Below, piece after piece: positions 31,757 through 40,717 of a stretch of 64,000 nt of DNA (its first letter is position 1; the number at the start of each line of letters is the position of its first letter). The notes beneath the pieces were generated by a model. It did not search any database and was not told the origin of the DNA. It was given only the letters and a program-made list of their open reading frames with translations. The position numbers and the translations under genes were made by a program. Source of the DNA: Thermodesulfobacteriota bacterium (GTDB lineage Bacteria; Desulfobacterota; Desulfarculia; JACQYL01); the NCBI GenBank assembly GCA_963675595.2, contig CAXXLZ010000002.1, positions 1,472,001 through 1,536,000 of the forward strand, written 5' to 3'.

Positions 31757-33492
31757 TCAGAGCCGACCCCGGCGAAAGATGGAAAGAATCAACCAAAGTC
31801 CCAGGACCGAAGCGATGACGTACCCGGCAACGCCCAGGACGGAGGTTAGAGACAGCGTTTGATCGCCCAAAAAACCGACTTTGAATTCAAGGACCTTTTC
31901 GGAGGAATTCAGAATCAGAGCGCCCCCGATTACGGAAGCGCAAATAATCATGCCCACCGTGAGTCGATTGACCCCTTTTTCGATCTGCGCGTCCAGACCG
32001 CCGAATCCCCCATGGACAAGCTCAACGCGCTGCTTCCCTTCGGCCGTCTTTCTGAGAATCTCATGCACGAACTTCGGCACGGCTTTGACGTGGCCGCCCA
32101 TGTCCAGCGCCTCCCGGCGCATCCTTGCGAAGGCTTTCTTGGGATCGCGCTCACGCTCGATCAGTCGGATCGCGTAGGGCCGAGTCACTTCGAGAATGCT
32201 CGCGTCACTTTTCAATATCTTGCCGAGCGCTTCCGTCTGCATAAACGTCTTCAGGAGCAGCAGGAGGTTCCTCGGAAGGCGAACGCGATATTTCAGAACG
32301 AGCCGCATAATCTGCTCGTACATATCCTTGAACGAAATATTACTCAATGATCTACCATAGAAAATCTCGCTCATTTCAATCAAATCACGTCTAAACTTAC
32401 CGCCTGCCGTCAGTTCTTCATTGATGATTCCGGAGTTCAGGAGTGAGTCCATTACAAGATCATAGTCATGTTCCGCATAGCCCAGGAAGAGATTCGCGAT
32501 CTGCTCCATGGCATGCTCATCCAGGTATCCCGTAATGCCGAAATCCACCAGGGAAACTCGTCCGTCACGCATTATAAGCGTATTCCCAGGGTGAGGATCC
32601 GCGTGAAAGAATCCAAACTCCATTAGTTGCTTGGAAAAAGACCGCAAACCAATCAATGCAATCTCTTTGGATCGATGCCGAGAGACACGATTTCGTCGAC
32701 GCGATCCATTTTGACGCCGTCGATATGCTCCATTACGAGGACCGACTTGGTTGTATATTCCCAGTAGACCTTTGGAATATAGATCTCACTGCTTCGCCTG
32801 AAGTTCTTTCTGAATTTTTCTATGCTTCCTCCCTCGATAAACATATCGAGTTCTTTTTGAATCACGCGTTCAAATTCTTTCACCAAGTCTACAAGGCCGA
32901 TAATACGGGCCATTTCAAACTTCTTCTCTAATTTCACGGCCAAATGGTACATCAACCGAATGTCTTCCCGTATTTTCCGATCAATGCCGGGGCGAATGAT
33001 CTTTACGGCCACTCGTTCCTTATTCGGGGTTTCGGCCAAGTGGACCTGAGCCACGGAGGCCGCAGCCAAAGGTTCGGGACTGAAATCCGAAAAAACCTCG
33101 AGAAGGGGCCGTCCCCACTGGGCCTCGATCAGATTTCTGATATCGGCGAATGGGGCGGGAGGGACCCGGTCCTGGAGTTTCTCGAATTCCTCGATATATT
33201 CGGGAGGGAAAATGTCCGCCCGGGTGCTCATCAGTTGCCCCAATTTGACGAAGGTGGGACCCAGTTCCTGAAGAGCCATCCGGATTCTTCTTGGGGTGGG
33301 AAATCCGCGGCCGGGTCGACCATTGTCGTCACCGGCCCGTTTGCCGTTCTTCGCTTTTCTCAGAAACCGGTCGGTCAGGCCTCCGAAACCGTGTTTCATC
33401 ACGAGCACCGAGATGGCTCCGGCCCTTCGCAAAGGTATCCGGCCGTAGGGACCCCATAGAGGCTTCAATATCTTCTCCCCGGCGGAGGACAA
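31757..33492 (-). pseudogene. ubiB: UbiB/AarF (ABC1) atypical kinase, single-base frameshift at about 32667
   Basis: LGPTFVKLGQ, AAASVAQVH, VAVKI in the 5' ORF; FFHADPHPGN, VDFG in the 3' ORF. One extra A in CCAAAGAG restores GIDPKEIALIGLRS. Confidence 0.85.
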
Positions 33493-33902
33493 GCCCGGAC
33501 GAGCGCCCCCGCGGGCTCACCGACGATTGATGGACGGGAAGTCATCGAGCTGTCTCCTCGAAAACTACCGTATAAGGCTTCCTGCAACGAAATAGCGGCA
33601 CGATAAGAATACGCTTCAACAGGTTGCTTGTAAAGGTGGAGTTTGTCGATCCTATGGTGATGCTTCGAAATGAATGTTAAGACCATCTACATTGTTTGGG
33701 GTATTTTGATTGGAAAAGCACCTTTTTTCTTTTCATCAAGCTCACGATGTATTGATCCGATTTGATTCCCCGGCTCCAATAATATATTATTCCATACAGC
33801 TATATTATTATCTTTTTCTCTCCGGTTTCCAAAGAGAAAATACGATCATGGATATCGTTTCCGGAGATGTCCCCCTGCAAGGATTGAGGTGTCGTCATTA
33901 TT

Positions 33903-34853
33903 ATGGAAAACCCCGACGTTTTGCTTGATCGCAGAGAACCGGCGGGGCTGTCCCGCCTGAAGCTTCTCTTGGCGCTTTCCAGAACACCGCACCTGCTTCT
34001 GGATCTGGCGACACCGGCCGTTGCGGCGCTCTTTTGGCTGCAGGCTTTCCCTCCGGCCCACGTCGTCATTTTGGGACTCATCACCGCATTCGCGGGATAC
34101 ACGACCGTATACGCTCTGAATGATCTCGTGGACCTGCGAACGGATCGAGAAAAACTCCGGCAGGGAGGATTCCAGGGAACCGAAAACTACTTGGACGCGG
34201 CCATCGTCAGACATCCTATGGCGCAAGGACTCTTGAGCTTTCGTGAAGGCGTCTTATGGGCGGCCGGATGGGCGGGCGTGTGCCTCACCTGCGCCTACCT
34301 GTTGAATCCGGTCTGCATCCTCTTTTTCCTCGCGGGCGCGGTTCTCGAGGTCGTCTATTGCCTCCTGTGGCGAATCAGCCCTTTCCGAACCCTGATGAGC
34401 GGTGCGGTGAAAACCTGCGGCGCCGTTGCCGCCGTCTACGCGGTGGATCCCAATCCTTCTTTTCCCTATGTGCTTACGCTTTTTGCCTGGCTTTTCTTCT
34501 GGGAGATCGGCGGCCAGAACATTCCCAACGACTGGGCCGAGCTCGAGGAAGACACGCGTTTCAATGCCAAAACCGTTTTGGTTCGTTTCGGTCCCCAATG
34601 GGCCGCCATGATCACCTTCGCCTGTTTGTCGGTTGCGGTCTTCATACATATGATATTGCCGTTTTCGGCGACGCGGCATGTTCCCCTAACATACATATCG
34701 GCATCCGTCTTAGTAGGCATTTATTTATTATTGCTCCCCTCATTCCGCCTGCTTCGCACCAAAGATCGTTCCGACGCCTTGACCCTATTCAGGAAATCAA
34801 GCTATTACCCCCTATCATTATTAATCACATTGGCAATTACCATAATCATATAA
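33903..34853 (+). CDS. UbiA-superfamily membrane prenyltransferase
   Basis: NDLVDLRTD Asp-rich motif, RHPMAQG, second motif NDWAELEED, about 8-9 TM segments. Confidence 0.88.
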   Translation: MENPDVLLDRREPAGLSRLKLLLALSRTPHLLLDLATPAVAALFWLQAFPPAHVVILGLITAFAGYTTVYALNDLVDLRTDREKLRQGGFQGTENYLDAAIVRHPMAQGLLSFREGVLWAAGWAGVCLTCAYLLNPVCILFFLAGAVLEVVYCLLWRISPFRTLMSGAVKTCGAVAAVYAVDPNPSFPYVLTLFAWLFFWEIGGQNIPNDWAELEEDTRFNAKTVLVRFGPQWAAMITFACLSVAVFIHMILPFSATRHVPLTYISASVLVGIYLLLLPSFRLLRTKDRSDALTLFRKSSYYPLSLLITLAITIII

Positions 34854-35002
34854 ACTGCCGTTAACCGGCAGCCCCTGTTCCGACCCATGAGACTCAACAC
34901 AGAGGCACCAACTATGCTTTCCTGATAGTCCTTTGGAGGGAATTCCTTCGCCGATTCAGGAGATGCAGGGAACGCTGGAAATCACCGAAGAAACCTATTT
35001 CT

Positions 35003-35088
35003 CCCTCAGCCGCTCCGCCGAAGACGGTGAGGCCTGCTTGAAGCTTTACAAGGGGGGCGCACGGTGGGAATCTTTTTAGAACTTCCCT
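35003..35088 (+). repeat. Repeat family B copy
   Basis: CCTCAGCCGCTCCGCCGAAGACGGTGAGGCC...AGCTTT..AAGGGGGG...GGGAA...TTCCC aligns with 31584-31680 and 36539-36622. Confidence 0.7.
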
Positions 35089-35142
35089 GGTGAACGCGTA
35101 CCCGAAATCTCTGTTTACATCCAACATGAAGAGTTCTTGCGA

Positions 35143-36267
35143 ATGAGATTCAACAGCTTTCTGCTCTACCGAGACATCATTCTGACTCCTCGTTTTCTCT
35201 CGTGCCTGTGGCGGACAAGAAAAAACATCATTACGGACCGGAAAGGTCTGCCGCCTCAGTGGGGACCGTTCATGGCCGAATTGGACGTGACCTACCGATG
35301 TGATTGCCGTTGTCGCATGTGCCGACGCTGGACGGATGGTCGTCGTGGAGAAATGACCCTCCCCGAATATGAACGGCTCGCAGCGGTTTTCGACCGAATG
35401 GGAGTGCAACTCGTGAGCATCGCCGGGGGCGAGCCTTTGACCCGCAAGGATATTCACGAACTCATCGGTTGCTTCGCGAAATACGGCATGTCCGTCAACC
35501 TGTGCACCAACGGGTTGTCTCTGGAAAAACATGCGCAAGCCCTGTCACGAAGCGGTGCTTCCTGCGTTACCGTGAGCGTCGACGGGGCGGAAGCGACGAC
35601 TCACGATATGATTCGGGGCGTTCAAGGTTCCCACGAAAAAACCGAAAACGGAATCCGGGCGTTGGCGGCTTTTCCTCGCAGCAGCAGGCCTCTAATTCGT
35701 GTAAGAATGACCGTGTCCGATCACAATGCGCGTGAGGTGAAATCCTATTATGAAAAGTGGCGCCGCAGAGTCGACGACGTGTTGCTTCAGCCCACGCACT
35801 ACTGCACCGGGGCTTTCTACACCGGAGAAGACGAGAAGACCTTCGGATTCGATACGGAAGAGCTCGCACGCCAGATATCCGGAACCCCCTTTGAAAGAGA
35901 TCGGTACCTGACGACTCTGATTCAAAGTCTGAAAGAAAACGGCGGTTATCCGAAACAACGCTGTTACGCGGGAACACTCATGGTTCGCATCGATCCTTGG
36001 GGGAATGTCTACCCTTGCCTGGAACAACGCGTACGTGTCGGATCGGTGCGAGAGGAGAGTTTTCCGACCGTCTGGCAATCCGACTACTTCAACCGCGTCC
36101 GCAAAGACATAGCAACCGCCGATGATTGCAGGTGCTGGTACAACAACACGGCCATGATCAGCCACTATGCCGGACACCTCCGTCGCACCACAGTCCTCCC
36201 CTTTCGACCCGTTTCGGCTCTTCCCATCGATTCGGGGATGGACGTTCGGCGCATCCCCGGCCGGTGA
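35143..36267 (+). CDS. Radical SAM protein with SPASM/Twitch domain
   Basis: CDCRCRMC (CxxxCxxC), GGEP, TNG, SVDG; C-terminal RCYAG...IDPWGNVYPC...CRCW. Confidence 0.9.
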   Translation: MRFNSFLLYRDIILTPRFLSCLWRTRKNIITDRKGLPPQWGPFMAELDVTYRCDCRCRMCRRWTDGRRGEMTLPEYERLAAVFDRMGVQLVSIAGGEPLTRKDIHELIGCFAKYGMSVNLCTNGLSLEKHAQALSRSGASCVTVSVDGAEATTHDMIRGVQGSHEKTENGIRALAAFPRSSRPLIRVRMTVSDHNAREVKSYYEKWRRRVDDVLLQPTHYCTGAFYTGEDEKTFGFDTEELARQISGTPFERDRYLTTLIQSLKENGGYPKQRCYAGTLMVRIDPWGNVYPCLEQRVRVGSVREESFPTVWQSDYFNRVRKDIATADDCRCWYNNTAMISHYAGHLRRTTVLPFRPVSALPIDSGMDVRRIPGR

Positions 36268-36328
36268 CGGCCGCCGCCTTGAAGGAAGACCGTTCTTGGG
36301 AAGAGAACCGGAGCCCATCATGCATTCC

Positions 36329-36442
36329 GGTCCGTTGGAAAAGTCGGATTATTGCAGGTTGTTGAGAAACGATGAGATGCGAGGCGCCCAAATCCGGGGA
36401 CCCGGCGTATGCGGCCTGCGCCGCGGATCGCGTTTCTCGACG
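36329..36442 (-). repeat. Repeat family A, internally shortened copy
   Basis: CAGGTTGTTGAGAAACGATGAGATGCGAGGCGCCCAAATCC...GGATCGCGTTTCTCGAC matches 39172-39290. Confidence 0.78.
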
Positions 36443-36538
36443 CTCCGATACGCCTTTTCCGAAGCGAAAATACAGGATTGCCCTACTTCTCAGCGACCCT
36501 TTCCAGGGATTAATCTAACGAGGTAACACTGTTTCGCT

Positions 36539-36622
36539 CTCAACCTCTCCGCCGAAGGCGTTGAGGCCCGCTCGAAAAGCTTTGAACGGGGCGGGGGAAC
36601 CTTGAACGAAAGCTTCCCCCCG
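36539..36622 (+). repeat. Repeat family B copy
   Basis: CTCAAC...TCCGCCGAAGGCGTTGAGGCC...AGCTTTGAACGGGG.CGGGGGAA...TTCCCCCCG. Confidence 0.72.
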
Positions 36623-36693
36623 TAATTGATTGCAGTCTTTGATTTGATTATTAAGATCACTTCTCTCGTTTTCCCACGCCGGGGGCAATTTTC

Positions 36694-38040
36694 ATGGAAG
36701 TCCTGTTTGATCCGGTCATGCTGTCCAGGCTTCAGTTCGCCTTTACGGCCATGTTTCATATCATCTGGCCGGTCCTCACCATAGGCTTGAGCCTGTTTAT
36801 CGTGTTCATGGAAACGATGTGGGTCAAAACCGGGAATGAAGTCTACTATCGACACGCCCGGTTCTGGACCCGGTTGTTTATCTTGAACTTCGCCGTGGGC
36901 GTGCTTTCCGGCATCCCCATGGAATTTCAGTTCGGAACCAACTGGAGCGTTTTTTCACGAGCCGGCGGGGATATTTTCGGGCATCTACTGGGATTCGAGG
37001 CCACCACGGCGTTCATGCTTGAGGCGGCCTTTCTCGGGATCATGGTATGGGGATGGAAGAGAGTCTCACCAAAGGTGCATCTGTTCTCCGCTTCCATGGT
37101 CGCCTTCGGCTCCTCCCTCTCCGCCTTTTGGATCATGACGGCCAACGCCTGGATGCAAACGCCTTCGGGAGGCGATTTTCTGAACGGCCGCTTCATTGCG
37201 ACGAGCAACCTGGGGGCCATTCTGAATCCCGATATGCCTTGGGCGGTTTCGCATATGTGGGTGGCCTGCCTGGAAGTAAGCGTTTTCGTGGTGGGCGCGG
37301 TTAGCGCCTACTATCTGCTGAAGGGGCGTCAGGTGGACTTCTTCCTGAAGTCATTCAAGGTCGTCCTGGTGGCCGCAATTGTCATTACGCCGCTACAAAT
37401 CTATTTGGGCGACGGCTCCGGCCAAGAGGTCGCGAAAACCCAACCCACAAAACTGGGCGCCATGGAAGCACACTGGGAAACGAACCCGGAAGGTGAAGGT
37501 GCTTCGTGGAACTTCCTCGCCTGGCCGAATCAGGCCGAACAGAAAAATGATTGGGCTATTTCCGTGCCCAATGCCCTGAGCATGGTGGTCACGCGAACCT
37601 TCACCGGCCGGGTTCGGGGATTGCGCGAGTTTCCTCCGGAAGACCAGCCCCCTATCTGGCTGCCGTTCTATTGCTTCCGAATCATGATCGGTCTGGGATT
37701 CCTCTTCTTCTTCCTCATGCTTTGGACTCTATGGGCTTGGCGCAAGGGAAAACTGAAACCGGCGGTCGTTGCATCCCAAAAGAAGCTCCTGTTTGCATGG
37801 ATTGCGGCCATGCCCTTGAGCTATGTGGCTGTGGAAGCGGGGTGGGTGACACGGGAAGTGGGACGCCAACCCTGGATCATCTATGGAGTGCTGCGAACGA
37901 ACGAGGGCGTCAGTCCCATCCAGGCATACTCGGTGGGGGGTTCCCTGCTCGTCATCGCGGGGCTCTATCTCGTGTTGTTTATCGCCTTCCTGATCTTTGC
38001 CTCCTTTCTTGTCCATAAAGGACCGGAAGCCATAGAATAA
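36694..38040 (+). CDS. cydA: Cytochrome bd quinol oxidase subunit I (short Q-loop, CioA-like)
   Basis: SRLQFAFTAMFH, EFQFGTNW, QPTKLGAMEAHW, FRIM, REVGRQPW. Confidence 0.95.
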   Translation: MEVLFDPVMLSRLQFAFTAMFHIIWPVLTIGLSLFIVFMETMWVKTGNEVYYRHARFWTRLFILNFAVGVLSGIPMEFQFGTNWSVFSRAGGDIFGHLLGFEATTAFMLEAAFLGIMVWGWKRVSPKVHLFSASMVAFGSSLSAFWIMTANAWMQTPSGGDFLNGRFIATSNLGAILNPDMPWAVSHMWVACLEVSVFVVGAVSAYYLLKGRQVDFFLKSFKVVLVAAIVITPLQIYLGDGSGQEVAKTQPTKLGAMEAHWETNPEGEGASWNFLAWPNQAEQKNDWAISVPNALSMVVTRTFTGRVRGLREFPPEDQPPIWLPFYCFRIMIGLGFLFFFLMLWTLWAWRKGKLKPAVVASQKKLLFAWIAAMPLSYVAVEAGWVTREVGRQPWIIYGVLRTNEGVSPIQAYSVGGSLLVIAGLYLVLFIAFLIFASFLVHKGPEAIE

Positions 38041-38065
38041 ACCATAATAACTCGGTAAAGCCAGG

Positions 38066-39073
38066 ATGCTTATGGAAAATCCACTTACTTTGATATGGCT
38101 GTCGATCATAGGATTCTTTCTGTTATATTACGTAATAAACGATGGTTCCGGACTCGGTGTCGGCATACTCTGCTTATTTTCGGGCAGGTATGAAGACCAA
38201 AGAGCAATGATGGAAAGTGTGGGCTACGTCTGGCATACGAACCAGACCTGGTTGGTCATCGTCGGCGGCCTGTTGTTCGGAGCTTTTCCCCTCTGCTACA
38301 GTATTTTGTTCTCAGCCCTCTATATACCCGCGATGTTCATGCTCGTCGGCCTGATCCTCAGAGGCGTGGCCGTTGATTTCCATGAACATTCCCGGAGCGG
38401 GCGTTTTTGGGCCAAGCTTTTCGGACTGGGAAGTCTATGGACCGCGGTGACGCAAGGCCTGTTGGCCGGCGGACTTCTTTCCGGGATTGCCGTTAAGGAC
38501 GGGCAGTTTGCGGGCGGCATGTGGGACTGGTTCAATCCGTTATCCATATTCATCGCCGTCGGCGTGGTACCGGCCTACCTGATGCTGGGCTCCAACTATC
38601 TCATCAAAAAGACGGAGGGCGATCTTCAACAACGGGTTTTCCGCTGGTCCCGAATCAGTTCGGCAACGACATTGCTGATATCGTTGGTCGCATTTCTGTG
38701 GATCAACGCAAAATATCCCTATGCTTCCGCCAAATGGTCCACGCCTCGGGAATCATCCTATGTCGTGTACGGCGCCGTTGCGACCGCACTGGGGTTTGCC
38801 ATGCTGTTCCGAAGCCTTTGGAAAAAACGGGAGCGCGGTCCTCTGTTCTGGAACGCCGTTGTAGCGACTTTCGGGTTCGTGACCTTGGGCATGAACCTGT
38901 ATCCGAACATGATTCCACATGTCGTCTCTCCCGTCACGGCGGCCGAGGCGTCCGCCTCGCCCCGCACGTTGATCTTCATGCTCGTGGTCACGGGCATCCT
39001 CATTCCCGTCCTGGTATTCTACACCTCGTACACGCACCGGGTCTTCAGAGGGAAAGTCAAAGCCGAAGAGTAG
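38066..39073 (+). CDS. cydB: Cytochrome bd quinol oxidase subunit II
   Basis: DG..LGVG, W..NQTWLV..GG.LFGAFP..Y, LILRGVA, VFRGKV; directly downstream of cydA. Confidence 0.93.
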   Translation: MLMENPLTLIWLSIIGFFLLYYVINDGSGLGVGILCLFSGRYEDQRAMMESVGYVWHTNQTWLVIVGGLLFGAFPLCYSILFSALYIPAMFMLVGLILRGVAVDFHEHSRSGRFWAKLFGLGSLWTAVTQGLLAGGLLSGIAVKDGQFAGGMWDWFNPLSIFIAVGVVPAYLMLGSNYLIKKTEGDLQQRVFRWSRISSATTLLISLVAFLWINAKYPYASAKWSTPRESSYVVYGAVATALGFAMLFRSLWKKRERGPLFWNAVVATFGFVTLGMNLYPNMIPHVVSPVTAAEASASPRTLIFMLVVTGILIPVLVFYTSYTHRVFRGKVKAEE

Positions 39074-39146
39074 GGATTGGCCGGCATCTTCAGAGCGTCG
39101 CCGGGGGAACCGTATTCCTCCATGCCCCTCTATGCCCCTCTATGCC

Positions 39147-39297
39147 GACCCGTTGAAAACGGCCGGTTGCTACAGGTTGGCGAAAAACGATGAGATGCAA
39201 GGCGCGCAAATCCCGAGGAACGAGGCGTACATGGAGTACGTCGCAGTGACGAGGGATGAAGCGCAACGAAGCGGATCGCGTTTTTCGCCGGCCTGTC
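39147..39297 (-). repeat. Repeat family A, full-length copy (about 150 bp)
   Basis: Arms ACAGGTTGGCGAAAAACG / CGTTTTTCGCCGGCCTGT; internal hairpin CGTAC-N5-GTACG; abuts the nuoN stop codon. Confidence 0.85.
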
Positions 39298-40717
39298 AGG
39301 CCACGAGGGCCTTTGCCGCCGACAGGGCCAGAGAATAGAGGAAGTCCGGATAGAATCCCCCCACGACGATCACCGTTAGAATCGCCAGGATCATCACTTT
39401 GGTGGGAAAAGAAAGGCGAATGGCCGGCAGGGACTCCTCGGGCTCGCTAAAGTAGGCCGCTTTCACCACGAGCACATAGTAGTAGAGTGAGATGAGCACG
39501 TTGATCATGCCGATCAAAACGAGGGAGAAGTAACCCTTTTCCATGGCCGCCGTGAAAACCAGGAACTTGCCGGTGAAACCGATGGTGGGTGGGAGGCCCC
39601 CCAGGCTGAACACGCCCGCCATCATGGAAACGGCCAGTATGGGAGAGCGACGGTGCAGCCCCGCCAGTTCGACGACCTCCAAGTTTCCCCCTTGATCGGC
39701 CACTTTCACCAGCACCAGGAAGCAGATGAAATTCATGGTCAGATAGGCCGCCGCATAAAAAATGGCCGCCGCAAACCCGTTCTCGCTCATACAGAGAATT
39801 CCAATGAGCACATACCCTGCGTGAGCCACTGCGGAATAGGCCAGAAGACGTTTCAAATCTTTTTGGACAACGGCCGCCAGGTTGCCGAGAGTCATTGAAA
39901 CCACGGCCAGCACCACCAGCAGATGAACGAAGTACGTGCTTTCCGCACCCAGGGTTGCGAACCTGAGCACCAGGGCGATGGCCCCGGCCTTTGTGGCCGT
40001 GGCGATATAGGCCGTCACCTGATTCGCCGCCCCTTCGTACACGTTGGGCGCCCAGAAATGGAAAGGAAAGAGAGCCAGCTTGAAAAAGAATCCGGATAGA
40101 GTCAGCACCAGGCCCACCATCAGCATGGGCGAATGGGCGTTGGTGGAAACGGCGTTGAGGATGGCCGGCAGGTTGGTTTCTCCGCAGGCTCCATAGATCG
40201 AGGCCATGCCGAAAAGCGTCACGGCCGACGCTGCGGCCCCGAGGAGGAAGTACTTGATGCCCGCCTCGAAATGCCGCCCCTCGCCTCTTCTCAAAGCCAC
40301 CAGAATGTAGAGGGAATAACTGCTCAATTCCAGGGCGATGTAGATGGTGAGCAACTCGACGCTGCTTACCAGCATCATCATGCCGAGGGTGCAAACGGAG
40401 AGGAGCAAATAGAACTCCGGCCGGCGTTTCGGCTCGATGCCGGGCAGCTCGGGACAGATACAGATGACCAGGAAATAGCCCATGGCCAAAAATGCTTTGA
40501 ACACCTGTGAAAATAGATCGACTCGGTAGATGGTGGAAAAAGATCCTTGTAAGCAGCCGCAGGCCGTACTCACCACGACCGCCCCCAGGGCCAGACCCAG
40601 CGCCGTGAGGTAGAGACCGTCCTGCTTGGCTTCGGGTCTTGCCGTCATTCCGAACGTGAAAAACACGGCGGCCATGAAGCAGAAATAGAGTTCGGGCGCA
40701 ATAAGCATCCAGGTCAT
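39296..40717 (-). CDS. nuoN: NADH:quinone oxidoreductase subunit N
   Basis: ALELSS, EAGIKYFLLG, FKLALFPFHFWAPNVYEGA, KRLLAYS; last gene of the nuo operon. Confidence 0.93.
   Translation of the reverse strand: MTWMLIAPELYFCFMAAVFFTFGMTARPEAKQDGLYLTALGLALGAVVVSTACGCLQGSFSTIYRVDLFSQVFKAFLAMGYFLVICICPELPGIEPKRRPEFYLLLSVCTLGMMMLVSSVELLTIYIALELSSYSLYILVALRRGEGRHFEAGIKYFLLGAAASAVTLFGMASIYGACGETNLPAILNAVSTNAHSPMLMVGLVLTLSGFFFKLALFPFHFWAPNVYEGAANQVTAYIATATKAGAIALVLRFATLGAESTYFVHLLVVLAVVSMTLGNLAAVVQKDLKRLLAYSAVAHAGYVLIGILCMSENGFAAAIFYAAAYLTMNFICFLVLVKVADQGGNLEVVELAGLHRRSPILAVSMMAGVFSLGGLPPTIGFTGKFLVFTAAMEKGYFSLVLIGMINVLISLYYYVLVVKAAYFSEPEESLPAIRLSFPTKVMILAILTVIVVGGFYPDFLYSLALSAAKALVA

Noticed and set aside
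32653-32655. TGA ending the 5' ubiB ORF as selenocysteine or programmed recoding
   Set aside because: The continuation is in another frame and a single-base indel explains it; no slippery heptamer or SECIS is evident.
36620-36665. TTGAT words upstream of cydA as an FNR box
   Set aside because: No TTGAT-N4-ATCAA with correct spacing.
39122-39338. 10-bp tandem repeat (ATGCCCCTCT x2.5) and the 68-aa ORF over it
   Set aside because: The ORF is just the translation of repeat family A. The short tandem is not duplicated on the other side of the element, so it is not a TSD.
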